Positions 1 to 8,461 of a stretch of 64,000 nucleotides of DNA are shown piece by piece. The stretch spans positions 5,653-69,652 of the forward strand of contig QHCC01000009.1 of assembly GCA_003243915.1 (NCBI GenBank), in the 5' to 3' direction. A program made the position numbers and the translations under genes. The DNA is from Pseudonocardiales bacterium. GTDB lineage: Bacteria; Actinomycetota; Actinomycetes; Mycobacteriales; Jatrophihabitantaceae. The stretch's first letter is position 1. Every line of letters starts with the position of its first letter. The notes under the pieces are model-generated. The model had not been told where the DNA came from and did no database searches. It saw only the letters and a program-made list of their open reading frames with translations.

Positions 1-1
1 C

Positions 2-124
2 GCGGGCCCGAACTGGCAGACCGACGCGGCCACCCAGATCACCTGGGGCCTGGGCTACATAGCGGGGCGCTACCACGACCCGTGCAACGCGTGGGCGAGC
101 TGGCAGGCCAACGGCTGGTACTGA
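2..124 (+). CDS. C-terminal fragment of a cell-wall transglycosylase-like secreted protein (5' end outside window)
   Basis: Frame 2 reads AGPNWQTDAATQITWGLGYIAGRYHDPCNAWASWQANGWY-stop (TGA 122-124). I recognise the WGLGYI..RY..PC.AW...GWY tail from actinobacterial lytic-transglycosylase-type proteins. Its position upstream of rsmA parallels rpfB-ksgA in mycobacteria. Confidence 0.4.
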   Translation, partial: AGPNWQTDAATQITWGLGYIAGRYHDPCNAWASWQANGWY

Positions 125-173
125 TCTTCGCTTCGGCCCGGTAGCCGCGCGGTGCCGGGGCCGCGGCGACGAG

Positions 174-522
174 TCACTGGCCTGTGACGAGCTCAACGAA
201 CCAGATCACGTTCCCGTCCGGATCGACGACTGGGGATCTTCGGCCGGCGCCGGCGATCTCTTGGATCTCCCCGGGCTCGACTGAGCGGGCCTGCACACCG
301 GCGAGATGCTCGTCGAGGTCCGGCACGACGAGCGTGATTTCGCCGCGGCCCGATCGGCCGGGTCAGCCCTGAGATAGAGCGATCCGGTCTCTGCGAGCTG
401 CCACACGGCTTCGTCGTCGTTGGGAAGGAAGTCCGCAGCCCGACCCAGTAGCCGCTCGTACCAGGCAAGCGACTTGTCCCGATGCGTGACCGAAGGCCTG
501 CGAAGACATAGCTGATGGTCAC
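174..522 (-). pseudogene. VOC/glyoxalase-family gene split over three reading frames
   Basis: From GTG at 522, [12 protein letters not shown] (frame a) continues sensibly only as VTHRDKSLAWYERLLGRAADFLPNDDEAVWQLAETGSLYLRADPADR (frame b, inside ORF 206..706). It then continues as GRGEITLVVPDLDEHLAGVQARSVEPGEIQEIAGAGRRSPVVDPDGNVIWFVELVTGQ-stop at 174 (frame c, my translation). Joined, these give a ~116 aa glyoxalase-fold pattern. Confidence 0.5.
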
Positions 523-610
523 GCGTTCCTCCCACCAAGTCGAAGATCAAGAACCGTCGTCCGCCGGGAGCGTACCGGGATGGCACTGCATGCTCTGCCA
601 GACTCGGCGC

Positions 611-1471
611 GTGACGGCGGCGCTGCTCGGCCCGGCTGAGATCAGGATGTTGGCGGCCGAACTGGGACTGCGACCCAGGAAGTCGCTGGGGCAGAACTTT
701 CTGCACGACGGCAACACAATCCGTCGCATCGTGCGTAGCGCCGAACTCGCTGGTGACGACATCGTGCTCGAAGTAGGTCCAGGGCTGGGCTCACTGACCC
801 TGGGCCTGCTCGCGGCGGGACATGCCGTGATCGCGGTCGAGGTCGACGCCGTGCTCGCCGACGCGCTGCCACACACGGTCGAGGCGCACCTGCCGCAGGC
901 ACCGCTGACCGTCGTCACGGCCGACGCGATGCGGATTGCGTCGCTGCCCGGCCCCGCGCCTAGCGCACTGGTGGCGAACCTGCCTTACAACGTCGCGGTG
1001 CCCGTCGTGCTGCATCTGCTCGAGACGCTGCCGTCACTGCGCACCGGGTTGGTGCTCGTGCAGGCCGAGGTGGCTGATCGTCTCGCTGCGGGGCCCGGCT
1101 CGAAGGTCTACGGCGTACCCAGTGTGAAGACCGCCTGGTATGCCCGGGCCACGCGGGCCGGGACCGTCCCGCGCGCGGTGTTCTGGCCGGTGCCCAACGT
1201 CGACTCCGGGCTGGTCCGGCTGGTCCGGCATCCGCCGCCCGAGGTCGCCGTCGCGCGCGCAGAGGTGTTCGCCGTCATCGACGCCGCATTCGCCCAGCGC
1301 CGCAAGATGCTGCGCTCGGCGCTGGCGGGCTGGGCCGGTTCGCCCGCCGCGGCGGTGGCGGTGCTGGGGGCGGCCGGCGTCGAGCCCACCGCCCGCGGCG
1401 AGACCCTCGACCTGGCTGCCTTCGCCCGCATAGCCGCCGCAAGACCCCATGGATCACCCCCAACGCGATGA
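611..1471 (+). CDS. rsmA: 16S rRNA (adenine1518/1519-N6)-dimethyltransferase
   Basis: ORF 515..1471 has the KsgA motifs LGQNFL and [12 protein letters not shown]. Start set at in-frame GTG 611 ([12 protein letters not shown]); ATG 590 is also possible. Confidence 0.9.
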   Translation: MTAALLGPAEIRMLAAELGLRPRKSLGQNFLHDGNTIRRIVRSAELAGDDIVLEVGPGLGSLTLGLLAAGHAVIAVEVDAVLADALPHTVEAHLPQAPLTVVTADAMRIASLPGPAPSALVANLPYNVAVPVVLHLLETLPSLRTGLVLVQAEVADRLAAGPGSKVYGVPSVKTAWYARATRAGTVPRAVFWPVPNVDSGLVRLVRHPPPEVAVARAEVFAVIDAAFAQRRKMLRSALAGWAGSPAAAVAVLGAAGVEPTARGETLDLAAFARIAAARPHGSPPTR

Positions 1472-1693
1472 GCGCTCGCGCGAAGAGCCGCCGACGAGCC
1501 GGAGGCGAGTGTGGCCCGCCGGATCCACCCGAGCGCCAATGGGCGGTGGCAGGCAACGGTCGCAGTTCGTGAGGATCACCCCAACGCGATGAGCGCTCGC
1601 GCGAAGAGCCGCCGACGAGCCGGAGGCGAGTGTGGCCCGCCGGATCCACCCGAGCGGCAGCGAGCGGTGGAGACGAAGGGACACCTTCGGCGG
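1451..1693 (+). repeat. Two-copy tandem duplication, period 122 nt, overlapping the rsmA stop codon
   Basis: 1451-1535 (85 nt) and 1573-1656 (84 nt) are identical apart from one C indel. The following ~37 nt of each unit (1536-1572 vs 1657-1693) still align at roughly 60%. The repeat fills the whole rsmA-echA spacer. Confidence 0.9.
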
Positions 1694-1714
1694 GAATAAG
1701 AGCAGACTCGGGGC

Positions 1715-2494
1715 ATGGCTGAGTACACCCACGTCCTGCTCGAGCGCTCCGGAGATTTCGCCACCGTCACGATGAACGACCCGGCCAAGCGCAATGCCTT
1801 GTCCCGGGCGCACTTGCACGAACTGATCCGAGCGTTCGAGGAGGTCGGCGCCAGCGATGCCCTCGGCGTCGTACTGGCCGCGAACGGGCCGGTCTTCAGC
1901 GCCGGCCATGACTTCGCCGACGTCGCCGGCAGCGACCACGCCACGGTGCGATCGTTGCTGTGGACCTGCACCGAGCTCATGAATCTGATGCAGCAGATCC
2001 CGCAGCCGGTCGTGGCCCGGGTGCACGCGCTGGCGACGGCAGCGGGGTGCCAGCTGGTGGCCAGCGCTGACGTCGTGGTCGCGGCCCAATCGGCCGGCTT
2101 CTGCCTGCCCGGAGGCAAGGGCGGCTGGTTCTGTCACACGCCGTCGGTGGCCGTTGCCCGCAGCATCGGGCGCAAGCGCGCGTTCGAGATGGCCCTGTCC
2201 GGCGACGTGGTGGATGCCCAGACGGCGGCAGACTGGGGCCTGGTCAACCGGGTGGTGCCCGACGCGCAGCTCGATTCGGCCGTGCAGGACATGCTGGAGC
2301 GCATCACCCGGGGGAGCGCCGAGAGCAAGGGCTTGGGCAAGCAGGCGTTCTACGCCCAGGTCGATCTGGATCAGCCCAAGGCGTATGCCTACGCCGTCGA
2401 GGTGATGGCAGCCGCAAGCCAACTGCCCGACGCCGTAGAGGGGATGAGTGCGTTCCTGGCCAAGCGCAAGCCGACGTGGCAACGAGGCCGGTGA
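1715..2494 (+). CDS. Enoyl-CoA hydratase/isomerase (crotonase) family protein
   Basis: 259 aa ORF with a crotonase pattern: NDPAKRNALS, VVLAANGPVFSAGHDF, ALATAAGCQL. Confidence 0.8.
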   Translation: MAEYTHVLLERSGDFATVTMNDPAKRNALSRAHLHELIRAFEEVGASDALGVVLAANGPVFSAGHDFADVAGSDHATVRSLLWTCTELMNLMQQIPQPVVARVHALATAAGCQLVASADVVVAAQSAGFCLPGGKGGWFCHTPSVAVARSIGRKRAFEMALSGDVVDAQTAADWGLVNRVVPDAQLDSAVQDMLERITRGSAESKGLGKQAFYAQVDLDQPKAYAYAVEVMAAASQLPDAVEGMSAFLAKRKPTWQRGR

Positions 2495-2529
2495 GCCGCT
2501 GACCGCGCCAGGCGCGGGCGGAGCGGCAC

Positions 2530-3510
2530 TCAGCTGCGCCCGGCGAACAGGCTGGTCACCGAGCCGTCCTCGAACACCGCTTTGATGGCCTGCGCCAGCA
2601 GCGGCGCGATGGACAGCACCGTCAGCTTGTCGAAGTCGTGCTCCGGGCGTACCGGCAGCGTATTGGTGACGATCACCTCGCGCACCCGGCTGTTCTTGAG
2701 CCGGTCGATCGCCGGCGGGGAGAAGATCGCGTGGGTGGCAGCGATCACGACGTCGGTGGCGCCGCTGTCGAAGAGCAGTTCGGCCGCCTTGGTGATCGAG
2801 CCGCCGGTGTCGATCATGTCGTCGATCAGCAAGCAGCACTTGCCGGCGACCTCACCGACCACGCGGTTGGCGACGACCTCGTTCGCCGCGTCCAGATCGC
2901 GGGTCTTGTGCACGAACGCGATGTCGAGGCCGCCCAATTCGTCGGCCCATTGCTCGGCGGCACGCACCCGACCGGTGTCGGGCGAGACCACGACGATGTC
3001 CTCCTCGGCGTAGGTCGCCTTGACGTGTTCGGCCAGCAGGGGCTGTGCGAACAGGTGGTCGACCGGGCCGTCGAAGAAGCCCTGGATCTGGGCGGTGTGC
3101 AGGTCAACGGCCATCAACCGGTCGGCACCCGCGGTCTTGAACAGGTCCGCGATCAGACGTGCCGAGATCGGCTCGCGGCCGCGGTGTTTCTTGTCCTGAC
3201 GGGCGTAGGGATAGAACGGTGCCACGACGGTGATCCGCTTGGCCGAGGCCCGCTTGAGCGAGTCGACGAGGATCAGGCTCTCCATGACCCACTGGTTGAT
3301 CGGCGTGGTGTAGCTCTGGATGACGAAGGCGTCCGAGCCGCGCACCGACTCGTTGGACTTGATGAAGGTCTCGCCATTGGCGAAGTCACGCGCGGTGGTG
3401 TCGGTGACGGTGACGCCGATGTGCGCGGCGATCTCGTCGGCCAGCTCAGGATAGGCGCGCCCGGAGAACAGCATCAGGCTCTTGCGCCCCGCTACCGAGA
3501 TGACGCTCAT
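2530..3510 (-). CDS. prs: Ribose-phosphate pyrophosphokinase
   Basis: ORF 2530..4065 is over-extended. ATG at 3510 gives 326 aa, MSVISVAGRKSLMLFSGRAYPELA..., with HTAQIQGFF, VVSPDTGRV and LIDDMIDTGGS motifs. Confidence 0.92.
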   Translation of the reverse strand: MSVISVAGRKSLMLFSGRAYPELADEIAAHIGVTVTDTTARDFANGETFIKSNESVRGSDAFVIQSYTTPINQWVMESLILVDSLKRASAKRITVVAPFYPYARQDKKHRGREPISARLIADLFKTAGADRLMAVDLHTAQIQGFFDGPVDHLFAQPLLAEHVKATYAEEDIVVVSPDTGRVRAAEQWADELGGLDIAFVHKTRDLDAANEVVANRVVGEVAGKCCLLIDDMIDTGGSITKAAELLFDSGATDVVIAATHAIFSPPAIDRLKNSRVREVIVTNTLPVRPEHDFDKLTVLSIAPLLAQAIKAVFEDGSVTSLFAGRS

Positions 3511-3571
3511 GTCGACGCGACCGCCACGATCACCGTGGCCGGCATGGAGCTGGGCGACTCGCGTCCGGTTC

Positions 3572-5092
3572 TCATCGCTGATCCCGCTCCTCGCTCGGCT
3601 CGGCGGCTTCGGCGGCTTCGGCGGCGTCGGCAGCTTCGGCGGCCGCGGCGGCCGCGGTGCCCGGTCGCCGCCGCGCCACCCAGCCTGCCACGTTCTGTTG
3701 GCGGGCACTCGATCGGGCCAATGCCCCGGCCGGCACATCCTCGGTGATGACGGCACCGGCCGCCGTGTACGCGCCCTCGCCGACGGACACCGGCGCCACG
3801 AACATGTTGTCGGCGCCGGTGCGGGCGTGATCGCCGATGACGCTGCGGTGCTTCGTGACGCCGTCGTAGTTGACGAAGACCGTGGCCGCGCCGATGTTGG
3901 CGTGCGCACCGATCGTGGCATCGCCGACATAGGACAGGTGCGGCACCTTGGTCGCCGTCCCGATCTCGCTGTTCTTGACCTCGACGTAGGTGCCGATGTG
4001 GACGTCGTCGCCGAGCACTGTGCCCGGGCGCAGGTAGGCGAACGGCCCGATCGTGACGCCGGCACCGATGCTCGCGCTGTGTGCCACCGTCCGATCCAGG
4101 CGCGCCTGCGAACCGACGGTGGTGTCGGTGAGGCTGACCTGCGGGCCGATCGTGGCGCCCGCGGCGACGTGGGTCATGCCATGCAGGTCGACCGATGGCA
4201 GCAGGGTGACGTCGGGCTCGAGGACGACGCTCGCGTCGAGCCACGTCGTGGCCGGATCGACGACGGTGACGCCGGCGCGCATGTGCGCCTCGAGCAGTCC
4301 GGTGTTGTAGACACGGTGAGCGGCGTTGAGCTGCACCCGGTCGTTGACGCCTGCCGTCTGGGGGGCGTCGGCCGTGACCGCGACCACTCGCTGGCCGTCG
4401 GCGACGAGGATCCCGATCACGTCCGGCAGGTACTGCTCACCCTGCACATTGTCCGTCGACAGCCGACCCACCGCGTCGCGCAGCGCAGCGTGGTCGAATG
4501 CGTACACGCCCGACGCGATCTCGGTCACTGAGCGCTGCGCCTCGGTCGCGTCCCTATGCTCCACGATCCGTTCGACGCCGCCGTCCGCCGCGCGCAGGAC
4601 GCGGCCGTAGCCGCTCGGGTCGACGGCCGCGCTGGTCAGCAGGGTGGCGGCTGCACCAGCCGTGATGTGCGCCTCGACCAGCTCGGCGAGTGTCTCGGTC
4701 CTGACCAGCGGCGTGTCGGCGGGCAGCACCACGACCGTGCCGGGCGCGTCGGCGGGCACGGCGTCCAATGCGACCAGCACGGCGTGCCCGGTTCCGAGCT
4801 GGTGTTCCTGCACCATGGCGGTGGCCTGCGGCGCGATCTCGGCGAGATGGGCGATGACCTCGACGCGCCGGTGCCCCACGACGATCACCGTGCGCTGTGC
4901 GCCGAGGGGTGCCGCCGCCGCCAGCACATGACCGAGCAACGAGCGCCCCGCGAAACCGTGCAGCACCTTGGCAGTGCTCGACTTCATCCTGGTGCCCTCG
5001 CCGGCGGCGAGGATGAGGACCGCGACGATCCCAGCCGCGCCCGGTCCGCTGCTCGGCGCGCCGGATCCGGCGGGTGCGGGGGAGTCGGTCAC
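3572..5092 (-). CDS. glmU: Bifunctional UDP-GlcNAc pyrophosphorylase / GlcN-1-P N-acetyltransferase
   Basis: Has the LILAAGEGTRMKS nucleotidyltransferase motif plus C-terminal hexapeptide-repeat region. Start trimmed to GTG 5092 because the longer ORF (to 5170) would run through the tRNA. Ends in an Ala/Glu-rich tail. Confidence 0.9.
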   Translation of the reverse strand: MTDSPAPAGSGAPSSGPGAAGIVAVLILAAGEGTRMKSSTAKVLHGFAGRSLLGHVLAAAAPLGAQRTVIVVGHRRVEVIAHLAEIAPQATAMVQEHQLGTGHAVLVALDAVPADAPGTVVVLPADTPLVRTETLAELVEAHITAGAAATLLTSAAVDPSGYGRVLRAADGGVERIVEHRDATEAQRSVTEIASGVYAFDHAALRDAVGRLSTDNVQGEQYLPDVIGILVADGQRVVAVTADAPQTAGVNDRVQLNAAHRVYNTGLLEAHMRAGVTVVDPATTWLDASVVLEPDVTLLPSVDLHGMTHVAAGATIGPQVSLTDTTVGSQARLDRTVAHSASIGAGVTIGPFAYLRPGTVLGDDVHIGTYVEVKNSEIGTATKVPHLSYVGDATIGAHANIGAATVFVNYDGVTKHRSVIGDHARTGADNMFVAPVSVGEGAYTAAGAVITEDVPAGALARSSARQQNVAGWVARRRPGTAAAAAAEAADAAEAAEAAEPSEERDQR

Positions 5093-5127
5093 GGCGGGCC
5101 AGCACCTTTCGACGGCGGGTGGGTCGA

Positions 5128-5203
5128 TGGCTGGGGGACTCGGACTCGAACCGAGACTGCACAGCACCAAAGGCTGGCGGGCTGCCGATTACCCCATCCC
5201 CCA
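5128..5203 (-). tRNA. tRNA-Gln (anticodon UUG)
   Basis: The reverse complement folds as a cloverleaf. Acceptor TGGGGGA/TCCCCCA, D stem GGG/CCC, anticodon loop CT-TTG-GT, T arm CTCGG-TTCGAGT-CCGAG, discriminator G and encoded CCA. There is one C:U mismatch at the top of the anticodon stem. Confidence 0.85.
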
Positions 5204-5249
5204 TCGGATGGGCCCTCAGCCTACCGGCGGGTCACCCGCCGCCCGGGGT

Positions 5250-5325
5250 GCGCGGTTGAGTGACGCATAGCGCGGTTGAGTGACGGCGATTTTGCCGTCT
5301 CTGATCATCGGGATACGCCACTCAA
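5250..5325. repeat. Truncated copy of a compound palindromic element, with a 20-bp tandem duplication of its left arm
   Basis: GCGCGGTTGAGTGACG occurs twice (5250-5265, 5270-5285). TTGAGTGACG (5276-5285) is inverted against CGCCACTCAA (5316-5325). The right half, TTTTGCCGTCTCTGATCATCGGGATACGCCACTCAAC, closely matches 6505-6541. Confidence 0.75.
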
Positions 5326-5347
5326 CGGCGGGCGGGCGTTTGGCACC

Positions 5348-5375
5348 TACGCTTGCGTAAGTTACGCTTGCGTAA
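5348..5375. promoter_or_regulatory. Two tandem 13-14 bp palindromes (TACGCTTGCGTAA), operator-like, upstream of the desaturase
   Basis: TACGCTTGCGTAA at 5348-5360 and TTACGCTTGCGTAA at 5362-5375 (arms TTACGC/GCGTAA). They lie 90-117 nt upstream of ATG 5465. Confidence 0.4.
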
Positions 5376-5464
5376 CCAGGGCTTGGCATCCAGGCAGCCC
5401 CGTGCACACGAATAGCTCTCATGGACGCGGATCATGTGACGCGGACGCGCGCAGGAGGACATCG

Positions 5465-6478
5465 ATGACACTGCTCGACGAACGCAGCACTTCCCGGCCC
5501 AGCCCGGCCAGCCCGGCCAGCCCGGCCATCGCCACGGCGGGCCCGGCCAGCGCGGCCAAGGCCGCCGCCAAACCGGTCTTCGAGGGCACCAAGCACCGCG
5601 GCGAGCAGATCGCGCTCTACGCCGTCGTGATCCTGCCGTTCCTGGCCTTCGCCGCCGCGGTTCCGGTGGCGTGGGGCTGGGGATTGAACTGGACCGACGT
5701 GGTGCTGTTCCTGACGTTCTACATCCCGTCCGGGCTGGGCATCACGGTCGGCTACCACCGCCTGTTCACCCACAGCTCGTTCAAGGCCAAGCGCCCACTT
5801 CGGATCGGGCTGGCCATCGCCGGAAGCCTGGCGATCGAGGGACCAGTTATCCGATGGGTCGCCGATCACCGCCGTCACCACGCCTTCAGCGACAAGGACG
5901 GCGACCCACATTCGCCGTGGCGCTACGGCGAGACCGTCCCCGCCCTGATGAAGGGGCTGGCGTTCGCCCACATCGGGTGGATGTTCGACGTCGAGCACAC
6001 CAACCGCGAGAAGTTCACGCCGGACCTGATGCGCGATAAGGACATCGCCCGCGTCGACCGGCTCTTCCCGCTGTGGGCCGCGGTCTCGCTGCTCGCCCCG
6101 GCAGCGCTGGGTGGCCTGCTCACCTCGTCATGGGCCGGTGCCCTGTCAGCGTTCTTCTGGGCTTCGCTGGTGCGCATCTTCGTGTTGCACCACGTCACCT
6201 GGTCTATCAACTCGGTCTGCCACGCGATCGGCGAGCGTCCGTTCGCGGCCCGCGACAAGAGCGCCAACTTCTGGCCGCTGGCCATCCTGAGCTTCGGCGA
6301 GAGCTGGCACAACATGCACCACGCCGATCCGACGTCGGCCCGCCACGGGGTGCTGCGCGGCCAGATCGACGAATCGGCGCGGGTGATCTGGCTGTTCGAG
6401 AAGCTGGGCTGGGCCACCGACGTGCGCTGGCCCAAGCCCGAGCGCCTTGCGAAACTGCGCGTCGTTGCCGGTGAGTGA
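5465..6478 (+). CDS. Membrane acyl-CoA (stearoyl-CoA type) fatty-acid desaturase
   Basis: ORF 5276..6478 has histidine boxes HRLFTH, HRRHH and HNMHH. ATG 5465 is preceded by AGGAGGA (5453-5459). The N-terminus has a PSPASPASPA repeat. Confidence 0.85.
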   Translation: MTLLDERSTSRPSPASPASPAIATAGPASAAKAAAKPVFEGTKHRGEQIALYAVVILPFLAFAAAVPVAWGWGLNWTDVVLFLTFYIPSGLGITVGYHRLFTHSSFKAKRPLRIGLAIAGSLAIEGPVIRWVADHRRHHAFSDKDGDPHSPWRYGETVPALMKGLAFAHIGWMFDVEHTNREKFTPDLMRDKDIARVDRLFPLWAAVSLLAPAALGGLLTSSWAGALSAFFWASLVRIFVLHHVTWSINSVCHAIGERPFAARDKSANFWPLAILSFGESWHNMHHADPTSARHGVLRGQIDESARVIWLFEKLGWATDVRWPKPERLAKLRVVAGE

Positions 6479-6541
6479 CGTATCGCGTCGATCAGAGACG
6501 GCGGTTTCGCCGCCTCTGATCAAGTAGATACGTCACTCAAC
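6471..6541. repeat. Complete compound palindromic element (nested hairpin) starting at the desaturase stop codon
   Basis: Outer arms TGAGTGACGTATC (6472-6484) and GATACGTCACTCA (6527-6539) are perfect. Inner arms GATCAGAGACGGCG (6490-6503) and CGCCGCCTCTGATC (6508-6521) have one mismatch, with loop GTTT. Confidence 0.8.
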
Positions 6542-6569
6542 GAGGAACCGGCTGGCATATGTTGGTCGG

Positions 6570-8036
6570 ATGACCGTGCGTTGCATCCGCAACTTCGTCG
6601 ACGGCGATTTCGTCGAGCACGACGACGGTGCGTGTTTCGACAAGATCGATCCGGTTGACGGCAGCGTCGGCGCGCGGGTGCACGAGGCCGACGCCGTGCT
6701 CGTCGGCCGGGCCGTCACCGCGGCGCGCCGCGCGCTGGACGGCGCCTGGGGGGCCACCGCGGTCGGGCAGCGTGCGGCCCTGTTGCGCAAAGTGGCCGAG
6801 CGCATCGAGGACCGCTTCGAGGACTTCGTCGCCGCCGAGGTCGCCGACACCGGCAAGCCCGTCGCCCAGGCCAGGGACCTCGACGTCGCGCGGGCGGTCG
6901 CTAACTTCCGCTCGTTCGCCGACACCGTCGCAGCGACCGGGCAGACGTCGTTCATGACCGACCTGGCCGCCGGGCGGCAGGCGCTGAACTATGCGGTGCG
7001 CAAGCCCCTCGGGGTCCTCGCGGTGGTGGTGCCGTGGAACCTGCCGCTGCTGCTGCTGACCTGGAAGCTCGCGCCGGCACTGGCCTGCGGCAACACCGTG
7101 GTCGTCAAGCCGAGTGAGCAGACGCCTTCGACCGCGACGCTGCTGGCCGAGGTTCTCGCCGAGGCCGGCGTGCCGCCTGGCGTCTACAACGTCGTGCACG
7201 GTTCTGGCCCGGGTGCGGCCGGCGAGTTCCTGATCGCCCACCCCGGCATCGACGGCGTCACGTTCACCGGTTCGACGGCGACCGGCGCCGGCATCATGGC
7301 CGCCGTCGCGCCGCGGGTGCGGCCGGTGTCCTTCGAACTCGGCGGCAAGAACGCGGCGCTCGTATTCGCCGACGCCGACATCGACGAGACCCTGGCCGGG
7401 CTCACGCGCTCGGTCTTCGCCAACACCGGCCAGGTGTGCCTGTGCACCGAGCGGGTGTACGTGCAGCGGCCGATCTTCGACGAGGTGGCCGAGGGGCTGG
7501 CGCAGCGGGCCCGTGACCTGCGCCTGGGCCGCCCGCAGGAGGCCGGGACGACCACCGGACCCCTGATCTCGGCCGAGCACCGCGCCAAGGTGCTGCGCTA
7601 CTACCGCCTGGCCGAAGAAGCGGGCGCGAAGACTCTCGTCGGCGGCGGCATCCCGGAGTTGGGGGACGGCCTGGACGGCGGGTCCTGGATCGAGCCGACG
7701 CTGTGGACCGGGCTGACCAACGTCGACCGTCCGCTTCGCGAGGAGATCTTCGGCCCGGTAGCGGCACTGGTCCCGTTCGACACCGAGGACGAGGCCGTCG
7801 CGCTGGCCAACGACACCGACTACGGGCTGGCCTCCTCGGTGTGGACCACGAACTTGTCCCGCGGGCACCGGGTGGCGCAGCGGATGAACGTCGGGATCTC
7901 GTGGGTGAACACCTGGTTCCTGCGTGACCTGCGCTCGCCGTTCGGCGGGGTGGGCCTGTCGGGCATCGGCCGCGAGGGCGGGCAGCACTCGTTGGACTTC
8001 TACAGCGAACCCACCAACGTGTGTGTGCAGCTGTGA
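6570..8036 (+). CDS. NAD-dependent aldehyde dehydrogenase, probably 2-aminomuconate-6-semialdehyde dehydrogenase
   Basis: 488 aa with ALDH signatures FTGSTATG, ELGGKNA and NTGQVCLCTERV. Specific role inferred from operon context. Confidence 0.8.
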   Translation: MTVRCIRNFVDGDFVEHDDGACFDKIDPVDGSVGARVHEADAVLVGRAVTAARRALDGAWGATAVGQRAALLRKVAERIEDRFEDFVAAEVADTGKPVAQARDLDVARAVANFRSFADTVAATGQTSFMTDLAAGRQALNYAVRKPLGVLAVVVPWNLPLLLLTWKLAPALACGNTVVVKPSEQTPSTATLLAEVLAEAGVPPGVYNVVHGSGPGAAGEFLIAHPGIDGVTFTGSTATGAGIMAAVAPRVRPVSFELGGKNAALVFADADIDETLAGLTRSVFANTGQVCLCTERVYVQRPIFDEVAEGLAQRARDLRLGRPQEAGTTTGPLISAEHRAKVLRYYRLAEEAGAKTLVGGGIPELGDGLDGGSWIEPTLWTGLTNVDRPLREEIFGPVAALVPFDTEDEAVALANDTDYGLASSVWTTNLSRGHRVAQRMNVGISWVNTWFLRDLRSPFGGVGLSGIGREGGQHSLDFYSEPTNVCVQL

Positions 8037-8461
8037 GCACGGCGCGCGTCGTCGCAGGCTCGGCCCAGCCTCGGGGCCGGTTCCCGCACCTCAAGGTGGC
8101 CGGCGAGTTCGTCTACGTCTCCGGGACGTCGGCGCGACAGCCCGACGACAGCATCGCGGGCGCGGGCGTCGACGCGACCGGCACGCCCATGCTTGACATC
8201 CGGGCCCAGACCCGGGCCGTCATCGTGAACATCACCGACATTCTGCGCGACATAGGCGCCCGGCTCGACGACCTTGTACAGGTCACCGCGTACCTGGTCT
8301 CGATGAACGACTTCGACGCCTACAACGAGGTGTACGGCGAGTACTTCGACGAGAGTGGTCCGACGCGCACCACCGTCGCGGTGCATCAACTACCGCACCC
8401 GCACCTGCTCATCGAGATCCAGGCGGTAGCTCACCTACCACGCCAGGAGGCACGTGCATGA
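8033..8461 (+). CDS. RidA/YjgF-family protein, probably 2-aminomuconate deaminase
   Basis: ORF 8021..8461 has a RidA pattern (EFVYVSGTSARQPD ... TTVAVHQLPHPHLLIEIQAVA). GTG 8033 overlaps the upstream stop (GTGA). Confidence 0.7.
   Translation: MSTARVVAGSAQPRGRFPHLKVAGEFVYVSGTSARQPDDSIAGAGVDATGTPMLDIRAQTRAVIVNITDILRDIGARLDDLVQVTAYLVSMNDFDAYNEVYGEYFDESGPTRTTVAVHQLPHPHLLIEIQAVAHLPRQEARA

Noticed and set aside
1454-2839. 461-aa minus-strand ORF spanning the rsmA repeat, echA and the prs 3' end
   Set aside because: It crosses two well-supported genes on both strands and an intergenic repeat, and has no recognisable motifs.
2530-4065. 511-aa ORF suggesting a fused or extended prs
   Set aside because: The N-terminal 185 aa are the out-of-frame complement of the glmU 3' region (Pro/Arg/Ser-rich). 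PRPP synthetase homology begins at ATG 3510.
3572-5170. Long form of glmU
   Set aside because: It would read through the tRNA-Gln gene (5128-5203). An internal GTG at 5092 gives a normal-length GlmU.
5128-6541. tRNA-Gln as the attachment site of an integrated element carrying the desaturase
   Set aside because: No integrase or excisionase is present, the desaturase lies at the 5' side of the tRNA rather than its 3' end, and I saw no duplication of the tRNA 3' end. Only the flanking palindromic repeats are retained as a finding.
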